The position numbers and the translations under genes are program-made. Under the pieces are notes generated by a model. It was not told the DNA's origin and ran no database searches. It saw only the letters and a list, made by a program, of their open reading frames with translations. A DNA stretch of 64,000 nucleotides. It comes from a virus (Duplodnaviria; Caudoviricetes). The stretch's first letter is position 1; the number at the start of each line of letters is the position of its first letter. The DNA lies in the IMG/VR virus record IMGVR_UViG_3300011008_000026, positions 1-64,000 of that record. One strand, 5' to 3'. This document shows, piece by piece, positions 38,822 to 53,800 of this stretch.

Positions 38822-41800
38822 AGCCCACTCATTCTTATATCTGGTTCGAATAACATCAAGCATTGAATCCTGAGCCGAGACCGTCGCTGACAGCATTTCT
38901 TTCTCCAGCTTAATCCGGTTCTTAATTTCTTTATCGATTGCGTTTTCAACCGAAGTCCTGGCTTTGATAATATTATCCGCGTTTGTTTTGATCGCCTGAT
39001 TGTTCTTCTCAATCGCATTGTTAACAGAAGAATATTCTTCTTCCATACTCATGATCTTTTGATTGATCTCATCGTATATGGCAGAACCCGGCTCGACTGT
39101 TTTAAGCTGTTCTTGCAGCCGTTCGATTGTCTCTTCGATAGCCTTGGCTCTTTTCTCCTGAAGCTCTGTTTCGATGTTCAGCATCGTCCCGTAGTTTGTA
39201 AGTTCTCCGGAATTCTGATACTTTGTCTCTTCATACTGAACAAGTTTGATCTGATGCTTTGTAAGATCATCCTGATCTGTAAAATCATCCAGAATGCTCT
39301 GGAATTCAGCTTCCTGAATTTCCTGAACAAGATCATCGTAGGAATTCTGTGTCTGCAACAGGGTTTCCCGAAGACTCATAATCTCAGACTTCAAGGTCTT
39401 CCATTGCGTACTGCCTTCCGTGACACTGCCATCAGTCAGCTTCTCTTCCATTTCAGCGAGACTATCACTTGTTACACCAATGCTTCTGGCCGTAATATCC
39501 AGCTCTTCGTTAAGCATGTTGATGTAATTCGTGTTGTCATTCTGGTTTTTATATCCGGTCGCAGTCAGTTGCGCCATCTTAAGCTCGTGCTCAACATCAG
39601 CAGACTTCTCGTTGTATTTCGTGGTTAACTCCGAAACGATAGACTCTTCAATGGCTTGATCGTTTTCCTGTATTGCCAGAGTTGCAGAAGCAATTGCTTC
39701 TTCGTATTCATAGATTGCGTCACGAGCAGAATACCACGCAGAAGTACCTTCTTCCAGCGAACTCATCTCTTTTTTCATCTCATTCATAGCGTCGCTATAA
39801 AGAGATATCTGAGCGCTGTAATAATCGTTTTGATCGCTTAGCGTGTCACGGTATAAGCCCCACTGTTCTCCGTTTTGATATATGTTCCCCCATGTAGAGA
39901 GCATATTTTGTTCGTGAGTAAGCGGGTCCATCTGGTTTGTCAGATCTGTAGCAATTTGCGAAACGATCGCAGAATTTAACGCTTCCGTATCTTCCAGAGC
40001 CTGATTTTCAAGCTGAGCGTTTTCTTCTTTCAGAGCCCAGATCTTATCCCGGACATCCATCCAGTTCTTGGTACCTTCTTCGTACGTACCGATCAGGTCT
40101 TCCCATTCTTCGAGCTGAGCATTGTTGGTCGCAATATCATTTTGATAGTTTGAAATCTGAAAGCGTGTTGCGACAACATAGCTTTCAAAGTCATTTTGAT
40201 CAAGATAGTTCTGTGCCTTCAGCTGCAACATGGTAGAAGCATGCTGGATAGGGGCATCTTCGTTTGCCTGTTTTGCGGCTACAACAGAGATTTTCTTTCC
40301 GTTGACTTCATCAATGGTATTGGCAACGTCTGCCATAGACTCGTTTGCGGAGTCAATAGCTTCCTGAAGCTTGTACCATTCTGTGGAACCTTCTTCTGTT
40401 GCGTTTCTTTGTGCTACAAGAGCTTCGATATTTGCGTTATATTGATTCCAGAGATTCTGTTGAGCGTCTATTTCCTTATCAATAGCATTAATGTATCCCT
40501 GATAATCATTGGCGCGCTCGTAGTAAGTCTCTTCAGACTGGGCCATGTTTACAAAATGCTGATAGCGTTTAATGTAATGGCTTTGTCCTTCAATCAAAGA
40601 ATCTGCCGCAGAAGTATTGTTCGAGTTTTTATTAGCTTTGGAAGAATCTCGACGAGGCGTATAATTGCTATTTGTTCCAACAACTCTTGGCTTAACAGAA
40701 GTAATTGTGCCGTCTCCGTTTGAGTAAATGTCCCAAAGAATGTCCAATCCCATCTCTTCGGCCATTTCAATCATCTTCTGTTTGTCTTCAGTCAATCGCT
40801 CCCAGAACAGATCTTTAATCTGCTGAGTATCCATCGTAAAAGTGCCGGACGTTACCGAAACATCAACGCCATCTATAATGAGGGGATTTTCACGAACGTA
40901 ATTGGTTAGTATGTCGTTGATGTTTCCGAATGCGCTCTGGAAATCTTCGGTAAGAGCCTCAAGCTGGGCATCTCTATCCTTCTTTGCGGCGTCAAGCATT
41001 TCATCTTGTTTTGTTTTAACGTCATTCTTATAATCATATCCAAGAGAGTTGAAGTAATTCTTGGTTTCTTCATCTACTCTCTTTCCGCTCTCGAACTGTT
41101 TTCGGGAATATTCATCATTGGAGAAATTCTTCATCGAAGTTCTGAGCTTTTTAATTGCTTCGTTTTGATCTGAAACAGTACGATTTGCATTCTTTGTTCG
41201 ATTGATGATAGCTTCAGTTTGTTCTCCCCATGGTTTATAAATTTCTATAAGACCGTCCCGAATATTCTCGTTTAAGTTTTTGATCGTTTCTCCGGTTCCA
41301 TTTAATGTGCCGTTAAGGTCTTTTGAAAGTTCATCGACTTCTTCAAATTGGCCTATCCAATCTTTAAAAGCAGGATCGTCGCCCATCAGGCTTTGCAGTT
41401 CATCGACATTAAGCCCGCCATTGCTGTTTAAAAGATTATTGTATTTTTGATATTGTAATTCATAATTTTGATCTTGCGTAAGTGCGGCTGCGGACGACAG
41501 TTGTTTGAGCGAATTAACCTGCTCTTTTCCAAACTTGTCGTTGTTTGCTTCGGCTTGCTGGAATATATTGGCAACATCAGTATTGCGGTTCAAGAACTTA
41601 GCCCATTCTTCTTCGGTGAAAATAGCTCCTTTATGAGTTCCAACGTACTGTCTGAGCCAAGCTTCTCGTGACATGTCTTCGGTTACGGTGTTGGCAATTT
41701 GATCTATTGACGCAGCGTCCTTAACTGTTTTTGTCCATGTTCCATATTTGTCAATCGCATCTTCCGGAGTTAAGGTTTCTGACCCGCTCTCTAAGGCGTC

Positions 41801-44800
41801 AATTATTCCTTGAATCTTTTCTTTTGCGGCGTCATCAAGACCTTCTGACGCTGTTTTGAGTTCTTCAATGAAAGAAGGCCAGTTTTCTTCTTTTAATTCG
41901 ATTCCAAACGCACTTGACATTTCCGTTCGAACTGTTTCAAGAAGATCGCTAGACTTTTCACGAATCATATCGGCTAGTTTGTCTTTTCCGTCTTCTGTTT
42001 TCAGAACACTTTTTATGTAATCAGAATTTAAACCAAGCGAGGTAGCAAGAAGTTCAATGTTATCATCATCTGTCAGATCTCCTGACCAGGCATTGTTTGC
42101 CATAGCAAGTTTGGAACGCTCACTGTAAAAGCCAGCTGCAACAGATGCTGCCTCAGCCTTTCCGCCTTCTCTTAGGTCGGTGATGTTCTTAGCAATCTCA
42201 GAAGCATTTTGTGCAATATTTCTATCTTCGCTTAATTGGAGCGACTTCTCTAAATCCGATTGCGCTCCTTCGATAACAGCTTTATCAATTTCCGCCTGCG
42301 CCTTTGCCAGTTGCGCATCCAACTCATCCTGAGAATAGCTTCCGGCTTCCTTCATTCGGATATATTCCGTCGCCTGTTCTCCCATTTTGCCGGCAGCCTG
42401 AGTATATAAAGCGTTTTCTTCTGTGTTTTTACTTGTCAGATCTCCTGTTAAAATGCGCCCCTGTGCTTCGGCAAGTTCAGTGGACGTAAAGAGTTCTGTG
42501 GCATTATAGAAAGGATTGCTACGGTCAACTTCAGTTGAAGATCCCATATAATACGCTTTGCCTTTATATATACGATATCCATTTTCACGAGCTTCAGCCT
42601 TTATACGGCGCCGCTCTTCATCGTTTTCTGCTGCCGCATAACGATCGGCATAAGTTCCGGCTTGCTGATCTGTAAGAATCTTAAACTGCTGATTGGCTTC
42701 TGCCCGTGCTGCTTCGTAGTCATTCTGAATACGGGCATCATCCCAGCCAGTCAGTTCCTTGATCATTTCATACTGCTCGCTCTTGGTCCCGTTGTTTAAC
42801 TTCGCTCCGATCTGAGCATTTGAATGCGCTTTATTGGCAAGCTCAAGCTCGGCTTTAATCTTAAGATTGCCGCCCTTCTTGATATTTTCAATTGCAGAGG
42901 CAGTTCCTTCCAGAACTTCGCCAAGTTCTTCAGCCTGTTTAATTCCATCAATCGTTAATTTAATATCCGCATTTCTCTCGAATATCTCAAGTTGAGCGTT
43001 ATACTGTTCAAGAAGTTCAAGATCTCTCTCGGATAACTTTTCGCCATTTTGCTGTTTTTGCACAAGCGCTGAATACTCGTTCCATCCGGAAAAGTCTGAC
43101 ATGTACTGGGCCGCAACTGTCGAGTCGTAAGAAGAAAGGCCACCGTTGCGAATTTTATCAATAACTTCTTTCTGTCCGTTATATTTGTCTGTAGAAGTTA
43201 AACCTTTAACGCCATATCTGCTGCTGTCGATTAAACGCCTTGCATACTTAACCTGTTCATCAGTCGCGTTCTGAGAAAGGAGAGACGTTAAAAGGTCTTC
43301 GTCTCCGACAATTTCTTTCAGATAGGCACGTTCATTATCATCCAGCACGGTGCTTCCTGCCGCCCATTGCTTAAATGTCTGTGGGCTGTAATACTTCTTA
43401 ACGGCATCTATTGCCTGCTGTGGCGCTCCCTGCTTTGTCAGGAAGTCTATCTGAGTCTGTTTCTCATCAGCGATATACTGATCATATTCCTGCATTCTTG
43501 CAGTTTCAGAGTAGAAAACCCGATTGTCCTTATTAAGTAAACTGTCGAGCGCAGACGTCGCAATGTCTGCTTTTTGACCTTTTGTCAGCGTGCTCTTTCC
43601 GATAGACGATTTGCCTGCAATCCAGTTGAGAAGAGCAAGATAGGTGCCTTCATCTTCAAATTTTACTTCTCCGTTTTCTACAACTGCTCCGCTTAGAATG
43701 TTAGCGAGTTCGCCGTTCTTCTCGTCAGTCCTGAGAAGATTTACAAGAAGCTGCTGACCTTCAGTTCCCGTTTGAGCCAGGAAGTCTTTATATGAAGAAA
43801 TCTCTTTCCCCTGAATAAGATCGTTGAACTGATCGGCATATGTCTTCTGCTGATTGGCAGTAGCATATGTCTGAGATCCAGTAGTGACAAGAGGGGAAAC
43901 AATATCTTGATAGGCGGTAAAAATGATTTTGTTAATCTTATTTTGAATTTCTTCCTGGATTGTCTTTATGTCTTCGACAATGTCATACGAATCGGCAAAC
44001 ACTTCTGGCGAATCAGGAACATTATCTTCTATCTCAGAAATCAAATCGTCTGCGAGCGCAATTGTATAATCATTGACCGCACGAACTGTTCCTTCAGAAA
44101 TCTCTCCATATACAGTTAAAACCGCAGCTTGCCATGTTTCATCGATACCGTTTTCGTTAATTACAGGCTTTCCGTCAGGCTCCATGCTCGAAAGAGTTTG
44201 ATAGACTTCAACGATTTCTTGCATTTTCTCATCGGAAATATTATCGGACTTATACGGAGATATTTCACTAATTTTTGGAGCTTCTACTGGTAAAACCTCT
44301 GCAGAAACGTTGTTGAACGCGCCTTCGTATTCTTTAACAGCTTCTTGCCATGCCAAGTCATTTTCACTTTTATCTACAGCGATTTGTCCGTGTCCTTTGC
44401 TATGTTCTGCGACAAGACTCCAATAAAATCCTTCGCGAGCATCTTCCAGCATTTCCCATTCGTCTTCCAAGGATTCCACAAGAATTTCGTAATCGTCACT
44501 TTCCTGCTTTTCTCCGTTGTGATCGATGTAATAATACATGCCTTTAACAGCATCAATCTCCGCTTGAGCAGCTTTTTTGCCTTCTTCGTTAACACCAAGA
44601 AGGGTTTCGCCCATCCAATACTGAACTTCATTCAGTTTGTCTCGCCATGCCTGAAGTCCTTCTTCGCCAATACCATAACTCATGCCGGTATTGGCATCCC
44701 GATAATCTGTTAAACTGCTGACGTAACTCTCGGCCTGTTCCCGTCCTTCTTCTTCGGAAAAGGTTTTAACGATTTGGCCTTCGCTGTCTAACACAACATA

Positions 44801-47800
44801 TTTGTTTTCTGAAATCTCTCTATTTCGTTTTGCGTCCAATAGAGTTTTTGCATACATTGGATCGGTCGGACTGATTTGCCGAAGTTCTTTGCTGGCTTCT
44901 TTTATCGCTTCATTTTCTTTATTGTGCGCATGCAGTATTCCATCTGAATCTTCATAAAATAAGAAATCAGAAAAACCTAGCACATCTCTTGCAAATCTTG
45001 CTGCTTCGTTCTTGTCTCTGCCAGCCGCATATGTAAATGACCCAGGATGAATATCTTCAGCTCTTTGTGTTTCGTCTCCGAATAATCCATGATAAGTATA
45101 CGAATATTTGTCACGATTCTCATCTTTAAAATCGCTTATCGTCTGATCTCTTAAATGAATGCTTTCAGAATGTAATGCTTCAGCTTCGGCGTTAGCAGCT
45201 TCCCATGTTTCAAATTCATCTTCCAGAACTTCACCTGTTCGTTTATTCTTTAACGTATAAGTCGCCTTAGTAGTTTCGATAATTGTCGGCTTCTCGGCTT
45301 CATTCTGTTTGTCAGCAATGGCCTTTGCTTCTTCGTAGGAATATCTCTTTCCGTCTGACCCGATATAATACGTTCCAGCTCCAAGATATTCTAGGCCAGC
45401 GTCAGCAGCCTGTTGCTCAACGGTTTCCTGCTTTTTTTGTTGACGATAATCTACCAATGTATTGTCAATGTTTTGTTGATAATTACCGTCTGTTCCAAAT
45501 ATGCTATTGTAAGCATCGGTTTTCCCGTTTGTAACATATACTCCAGCGTATTTGCCTGCCAGATAATCTATTTCATCTGAAGTATATCTTCCACCGAGAA
45601 TAGAACTATCACTGGCCCACTCTATAAAAGACGCTTTCGCGCTATCGTAAACCGCCGTAGGAGCAGAATCATATCCCGAACTGTTTAAATAATTAAAAGC
45701 TGCTTCAAGTTCTTGCTGTGTTACAACTCCATCGGATAGCCGCTTCGCCCATGCGTCTTTGGTGATACCGGTTGGATCGCTTTCAAAATCGTCCATTTTG
45801 CCAGCCAAGGCTGCGCTATACAACAAACTACTTAACGGGTCTTTTAAATCATTTGAAAAGCTTATTGTGCTTCCCCCGAGCGCTCCTGAAATAGCTCCGC
45901 CTAAGCCCCAGAATCTGTCGTTAACTTTTCCTGCTTCAATCTGGGAATTCATGGCACGCAAAGCGTTAGAATACATTTTGTATTCTTTAGCATCTTCATC
46001 AAAATACCATAAAATATTATTAAACAGAGGATTGGAAATATCTACTTCTTTACTTGCGGTTTCAACTTTTGAGGAAATACCTTTATCAATTGCATCTATA
46101 GAATCACCTCTGGTACCCGTCATGTGGCTTTCCCATAGTTGATTCTTTTTCTCATCCGCTTCTTTGATGACATTATCAGCCGCTTCGTCTGCTGTTCCAG
46201 ATAGTTCTTTTAACGAATCCGTTAATGTATCAATGCTATAAATTGTATCTTTGGCAGAAGAATCAGTTAAACCAAGCGATACTGCAAATTTATTTATTAA
46301 ATTTGCGTATTCTTTATTTTCTTCCGATGTTCTGTTTTTTGTATTCCTTAATTCGGTCAAACGATCGATTCCGTTGAAGCGTGTTTCGTATGCTTCTTTA
46401 TACTGCGTATTGCTCGTGCTAACTCTTTGCTCGGCTGTAGTTGATTTTCCAACATTATCAAGAGCAAGAGCAGAAACGCCAGCTATTCCGAGTCCTATTA
46501 CAATGCCGGGAAGACTTCCGCTCTTCAAACCCGCCATTATAGCGGCTATGGGAATCAGCGCAGATAAAACTCCCGGTAAAGAACCGGCAGAGGTAACAAT
46601 ATTGTTAATACCTTGAACAATGCGGGTCAAACCATCTACAAAACTTGTCGCAAGTCCTGATTTAATAACATCCTGAACAAGCCCGTCAAATGTGTTTTTC
46701 AGATTGTCTAAGGAAGCCTGAACACTTTCAACATAGACGTCGTATTTCTTATCTGTAATTCCATCCGCCTGATCCAGAAGATCAAGATACTTGTCGATTT
46801 CTCCTTCCTTAATACCAGTCATAATGGCACTAAAGTTAGAGAATTGACGAGTGCCGGCAATAGCCGTTGCAAGCTGTCTCTGCTCGTCATCACTCATCGT
46901 ATCATACTTCTGAGCCAGATCATACAGTAAATCAAAAGAAGATCTTCTTGAACCGTCGGAATTATTTGTTTGTATTCCATGGGAACGGAGCAGTGTCGCT
47001 ACGGCAGAACCACTTATGGTGTTGCCATTCTCATCTGTGATGATCTCTTTGGTTCCGACCTTATTCATCCGGCCGAAAATAGAGTTCAAGGTTGTACCAG
47101 CAACATTACCTGTTACCTGTGTCGTTGCAGTTACAGCAGTAAGCAAGGCGACGAGCTGTCCATAGGTTGTTCCGTCTATTGCGGCGGCCGCACCGGACTT
47201 TTCAATTCCCTTTTCAATCTGGGCGGCATTGGTAGCGGCACTGTCACCTAACATGGTAACAACATCAGCTGCATACTGCGCATCGTCTACCAGTCCAGTA
47301 TTAAGGGCGGTTGTAATCAGCTTGGTTGCGTCAGTTGCTTTTGTACCAGAAACTTTGGAGAACTTGGCAATTGTATCAAGCCGTTCTTCCATCTCTTCGT
47401 CAGAAAGACCCTGACGATAGAGCTCCGTACTCATCTGAGCAATTTCAGAGAAAGAGATCTTGAGTTCCTTGGCCTTGTCAATCAGACCTTGTCCAAGCGT
47501 TTCCATTTCAGAGTTACTCTTCAGAGTAATCATCTGAATATTGGTAAGTGTCTTATCGTATTCCTTGACGAACCGCTTAACTTCTTGAAGTATCTTGTTG
47601 AAGATTTGTCTGCCAAATCTGGTGGCGAGCATACTGATCGTATTGCCAAACTGAACAGAAGCGGCGTTTGCAATGCCGAAAGGCCCTGACAGCTTAGCAA
47701 TCTGAGATCCGGCACGTTCTGATGCAGCTTCCAAATCTCTTAATTCGGCAGCAGTCTTATCGTAATCCTTATCGCCTTCTCCTTTTCCTTTTTCAACCAT

Positions 47801-50800
47801 TTCGTTAAGGCGATTCTGTACTGTATATTTTTGAGCATCTACTTTTACTTTATAATTCTGCCAGCCGCTAAGAGCGGAGTCTCTTGATTGTATAGCACGT
47901 CCAATAAATCCACGATTCATGCCGTAGGTTGACCTTGTCAGCTGGTCCCCCTGCCGCATAAGCTGGTCATGCTGAAAATCTCTGGACTGAGATCGAAGCG
48001 CTATGCTTTCATCTGTATGTGCTTTAAATTCCTTTTGTTCGGCTTTTAACCTTTCCAGGTCAGCACTAAGTCTTTTAGCTCCATCCGCATATTCTTGGCG
48101 GGTTTGTTTGCTATAAGATTGGTCTCTGGCCATATCATTAAGCTTTTGCAGTTCTTTTTCTACTTCAGCGATTTTTTCTCTCCACTTTTCAAGTGCTTCG
48201 ATTTGGGGATCATAGGTTCCTGCAATTTTGTCATTAGCCGTGGAGAGACTTTCAATCATACTCTTGGATCCAGCCAAAGAATAATTCATGAAATCCCGGC
48301 CGGCCATAGAGGAAAGAGTATTATCACCTTTAACGAATCTGAGTAGTTCGGATTGTTGCTCGTCGCTTAATGTATCAAATTGACTTGATTTAACAAATTC
48401 GTTAATTCGTTTTTCGTAACCACGTGCAATACCTGTATTTACTTCCAAACGCCTGATTGCGGCAGGTGTTTCTTTAACCTTTGCAATGGAAGATAAATTA
48501 CCGGAATACAGTTGTTTAGAAAATTCGGTACTTCCTTGAATCAGCTGCGCAAAACGATCTTGGGCTAGTTGCCTGAACTCCGGATCCGCCATCATCCCGC
48601 CAGGTCCGGAAGGTCCACTGGGCGGATTGTTTGGCGGAGAAGGAGAAGAAGGAGGATTGTTACCCGTGTTATTTTGGCCTGTCTGATTACCGAGTACAAC
48701 AGGAACATTGTTTGTTGTTGTGTTGTGATTGGCTGCATTCGGGCATTGAGATAAAGATGCATCATATTCAATGCCACAAATCGGACACTTCTTTTTCGGT
48801 GTTTTACCTGAAGAAGTTCCCCCGCCTTGTCCGGTTTGTCCATTTGTGGTGGTTTGACTTCCGGATGCGGCAGGCGTTGCAGAAGCATTATTCGTTTGTG
48901 TTTTATGATTAGCCGCATTGGGGCATTCTGGAAGATTATGATCATACCAAGTGCCACAAATAGGGCATTTTGTTCTCGGGGGAATAGTCCAAGGTTCACG
49001 AGAGTCATAGAATGGAATATCTTCCATGCCCGGTTCTTCTTCAAATCTGCCTCTAATTCTCAGTATCTGACTTGCCGATTTAACTTGCGATCCTCTTCCC
49101 CTTGCTAACGTATAATGCTTTTTGATTGAGCTATCACTTTCCGTTGTAATATTTGGGATGGCTTCAGTTGCAACCAAAGCTTCTTTCTCTTTTTCTTCCT
49201 GCGTTTTCTGTGCAACTTTCCACCCCAACTCTGGCTTGGATGAAGGTTGATAATTTACATATTGACTGCCTTGTAATAATGCGATTGCCTTTTCTGCGGA
49301 AACTTGTCCAACTCCATTAGTTACTAATTGCTGCCAATTTCCAGAAGAGACAGCTGCGGCGACAGTCTCTCTTGGTAAATTCAGAATTGCATCAATTTGA
49401 GAATCATTTAATTTTCTGCCGGACGCAGGCTTTTGCGACAATAAATCACGAGCTTCATCTTTTGCCGTCTTCTGAACTTGATTTGCTACTTCAGCTTTTG
49501 CTTCAGCCGCCTTCTGTTCTTCTTTCGCCTGTTCCTGTTTTGCATCAGTTGCTTTTTGAGCAGCTTCTTCAGCCTTTGTTTCAAGAGCCGTATCAGGAAC
49601 TTTGTCTGTTGTTGTAACCTGTACGCTTTTTTCGCGTACATCCTTTAATACTTCATCGGCCTTTAACTTTTGCGCTTCAATTTCTGCTTGCGCAGCAGCT
49701 TCTTCTGCTTTGACCTGCTCTTGAGTCTGAACAATCTTTTTTCTTTTCGGTTTCGTTTCCTTTGGTTTTGGCTGTTCTACAATCTGTTCTGCCGCTGGCT
49801 CTTCGACTTGTGGCGCTTTAGATGCTGTAATTCTGGAATACAGCATAGAAGGATCAACGCCTAAAGAAGCGGCAAGCTTTTCAGCGGATGCTTTTCTCTC
49901 CGAATCACTTTCTATTGCACGCTGAGTATATGAATAGTTACTAATTTGCTCAGCTACCATCAGACCGGCAGCTTTACGTCTCTTTGCATATTCATCGTCG
50001 AGATTAAAATATTCACCATTCTTTTGCTTTTGCTTTTGTTCTTTTTTCAAATCAGCCCAGATTTCTTCGTCTGCAAGCCTTTTTTGCGCGAGTATAGCAT
50101 CTTCATCTTCCTGAGAAAGAGCAATAAAATCTCCATTTAATAAGCCTGCTTTCGCCTGACGAAGCATCATAGTAAGTTTGTAGGCTTCAGTTCCTTCTCG
50201 TTCCGATGTTGGCATGTTCTTTGAATCGAGAATTGTATTCCAGTCATAGAGAGAATTGCCGTGTATATCGTGACCATTGATTTCAAGACCCTGCTGTTTA
50301 AGCTTACTTCTTTGACGAAGTGTTCCAAGAACCGCACCGTTGGTTAATGTCGGAAGATTAACTTCGTCGAGTCTTCTTTTGTTAAATTTTTCTTGTGCTG
50401 CCTGATCCCATACATATCCGGATTCGTCATTAGCGCCTTTTGTAGTAACATCTTTAGCGGCCCATTCGAAAATTCTTGCAAAAGAACGACCAAAAGAAGA
50501 TGCACTTGTTTGTTCTTCTGTCTGCGCCCATTTTTCTGCTGTTTTTAAGTGAGTAGAAACAACATCATATTGATCTTCGTGGTCCAACAGAGCCTGAGCA
50601 AATTCAGGATTAATCTCGCCATTTCTATTATAAAGAGCCGCAATAATATCTGTAGCTCTATCTGCTTGACCCATCATGGGACTGGTTACGCCGACACCAA
50701 ACATATAATCAATGAGGTCATCCATGCTGTCCAGTTTCCATGTTTTATCAGGGTTGTCCGGTAGACTTAGTGTGCGATTCTCTTTTCGCGCTTTTTGATT

Positions 50801-53800
50801 TTTCCGAACGTATGCTATTTTTTGTTCATCGGTCCATTTTGACGCATCAGGGAATTGTTCTTCAGGGTGTTTCTTTGCCTTTTCCTGCATATTGTCAAAG
50901 GCTGCCAGAAGAATGCCGTTAACTTGCTTGGTCGCTTCCTCGTTCAACAATCCCATTACCTGTGCGAAATCTTTTTTGTCCGTGCTGGATAAATTATCAA
51001 TGTTGAACATTGTGGACAGATCAAACTGACCTGTTTTATCACCATCGAAATCCATTCCCTGTAGGAATCCAAGAATTGGAGATACGGGATTAAAATAAAT
51101 GCCTTTCTCATCCAGCCCGCGATTTGACATAGATTTACGGATGGCAGCACCAACAGTAGACCGCCCGCCGCCTACCACATCATTGCTGTTCCAAAGGTTT
51201 TTTGCCTTTATGTTACCGCTTAAGGTTGCGGGAAATCGAACAAGGGAAAGAAATTTTGAATTGGATTTAGCAGAGACAACGTCGTTTTCTCCAAGATGCA
51301 GCTTTCTCTGCAAAGGTGTTAACTGTTGTCCGTTACGAACAAACATTTCATTAAGTACATTCTGCGCCCATGGGGCCGCCATGCCATAAGACATGACGCC
51401 TGTTGGCATCAATCTGTCACCTTCAGTATATCGCTGAAGCATATTGTCGATATGATCCTGCTTTTTCTTTCTGGCTTCTTCAGAATTTAAATCAATTGTT
51501 TGATCTCCGCCAAAGATAACATCGCGGGCATATTGTTCGTCGTCAAGATGCGCTATTTCTTTTTGCAGAATATTTGCAAAATAGGCTTCAATATCTTCTC
51601 TTTGAAACGCTCCTGCAAGCTGTCCGTTCACAATTTGTTTGGACAGCCACCGAGAAGAAGTACCAGCACCATCGTATGTTGTTTTAGCATATATATGGTG
51701 TCTGGAATAATCTCTGGAACGCCGATCATTTAACTGTGCCTGAGTCAGATCATTTCCTTGGTCGTCTTTAAATATAGCCTTATTTTTAATATTGTCATCA
51801 ACTTCAAGAAAATCAGTGTCCCAAGGTACAATAAGATCACTGCGCCAAACGACATTGCCCTTTTCGTCTTTTCTGACGTCCATTCCGGCTCCGGGAATAA
51901 CAAAATCGCCATATTGCATCATAATGCTCTGAACCATCTTGTTGCGCTTACGTCCGCGAATAGATGGATCGATTGCGGCAATTTTAGCTCTTGTGATATC
52001 ATTGTCTATGATCTGGTCAGGATTATCGCGTTTCATCCCAATCAAATCTTGCTTAACAAACGTGGCTTTTCCGCCGTAAACACGTCCCTGGAAGCTCTCC
52101 TGAACACCCTTGTTAAATGCCCAGTTTGCGCCGTCCATCAACTTGATTGCATCTTTCCCTTCGCCTGTAGCAAAGTGCCCGACAACAACCTTCATATTAG
52201 GTTTGCCGAGCTGTTCCATGATACGCTTCTCTTGCTGAGGATGAGTGAGTTCACCGCTTGCCTTTTTTTCCGCAATTTTCTTTTCCGCTTCCGGAGTGCT
52301 TTCAAAACCAAAGTTCATTCCCCAATAGGAACTTAGGTCTTCGCCATCTGTAGCTAACAGATTCATATTGTAAGCGGCTTTTGCAAAATCTTTACGGCTG
52401 GAAAATTCATTTCCGGCCCCATTCCGAAGTAATTTTAAACCAGCAGCCCGAATTTCATCAGAATATGGAGCGTCAGGCGCCAAACCAAGCTCATAGCGGC
52501 CTAGATCGTCTACGATTGAAGCCTTCATAAATTCTGTATGAGTTTTGCTTACACGAGTTGCGATATAAGGTGTATTATTAACTTCATAGCCGTTAGTTAG
52601 ACGTTCCTTTAATTCCGCCTTCAGCTTTGCTTTTTCTTTCTCGGGCAAATATTGATTCGCAAGACGCTCGTCGTGTTTTAGATAGATCATGTTGTCGTCA
52701 AAGTCATTATGCCCGGCTTTAGAAGCAGAAGGCATAGAATGAACAAGATCCATCAGCATGCTGCCGTTCATTCCGATAGTATGAAAATCATCGGGTGAAA
52801 TGGAAAGCTGTCCATTTTTTGCAGATGCTCTTTGCGGTCCGTGAATATGTGGAAATGCTGTCCATGTGCCATTAATGTTTTTAACGGGACTTATTCCGGT
52901 TATTTGGACATTTTGCGCCATCATATCCAGCGCATATTCAGCAAAGCCACGGTTTACTTCATGGGGCAAGTGATTTATTTGCCCGACATATCGTTTTTTC
53001 GGAGAAGTATTAGGATCAAACTGGGGAGCCTGATCCATCCTATAGTATCCCGGATTGTACCAGCTAAAACTTTCATCCATAGAACGTGCTGTTCTAAGTT
53101 CGCTATCTAAAGTTTTATTATGTCCAATCTTTCGGGAAATATTCGGCCGGTTGTCCGGATCTTCGACATCATGCGTTCCGTATCTGTAGTGGCCACGTGC
53201 ACCGGTGACAATGCCGCTAAAATTAATACCACCCATGGCATTAACCATATCGCGTGTGGCTTCGTTGTTGTAATACAGTTTGCCCTGACTTCTTCCATAT
53301 ACACCGGCAGCAACAGCAGCATCTGCGGCAAGATGATCTTTTTGAACAATTTTATCCAGCTTGGCCTGTTCTTCTCTTGTCAGTTTCGTGTTTCCGTCTG
53401 GCGTGCTTCCAAATGTACGAAGTTCTTCCTTTTTTGTTGGACGTCGAACGGGGATGGTCCGATAAGACGCGGGTACCATTTCACGGAAGGATTCAGGAGC
53501 CGCCCTAAAAACGACGTTTGAATTGCCTGCTACGTCACTCCGCATGGATTGCGGAAGTAAAATTGGCATCTGGCTTTTAATATAAGCAGACATAACGCTG
53601 GTTTTAGCGGCTTGAGGGTTTACAGATTTAATCTGCGCCTGTAAAGATTTCCCTTCTGAACTGGATATGAAAGCTTTTAGCAGCTCATCGTCAGAAAGCA
53701 TACTGCTTTTTTTGATTCCCTTCGAAGCCTGAGCCGAAGCTTGTGCAGTGGCCCTTGTCGCAACGGTAAGAAGGGATTTTTTTATTTTATCAGCAAAGCT

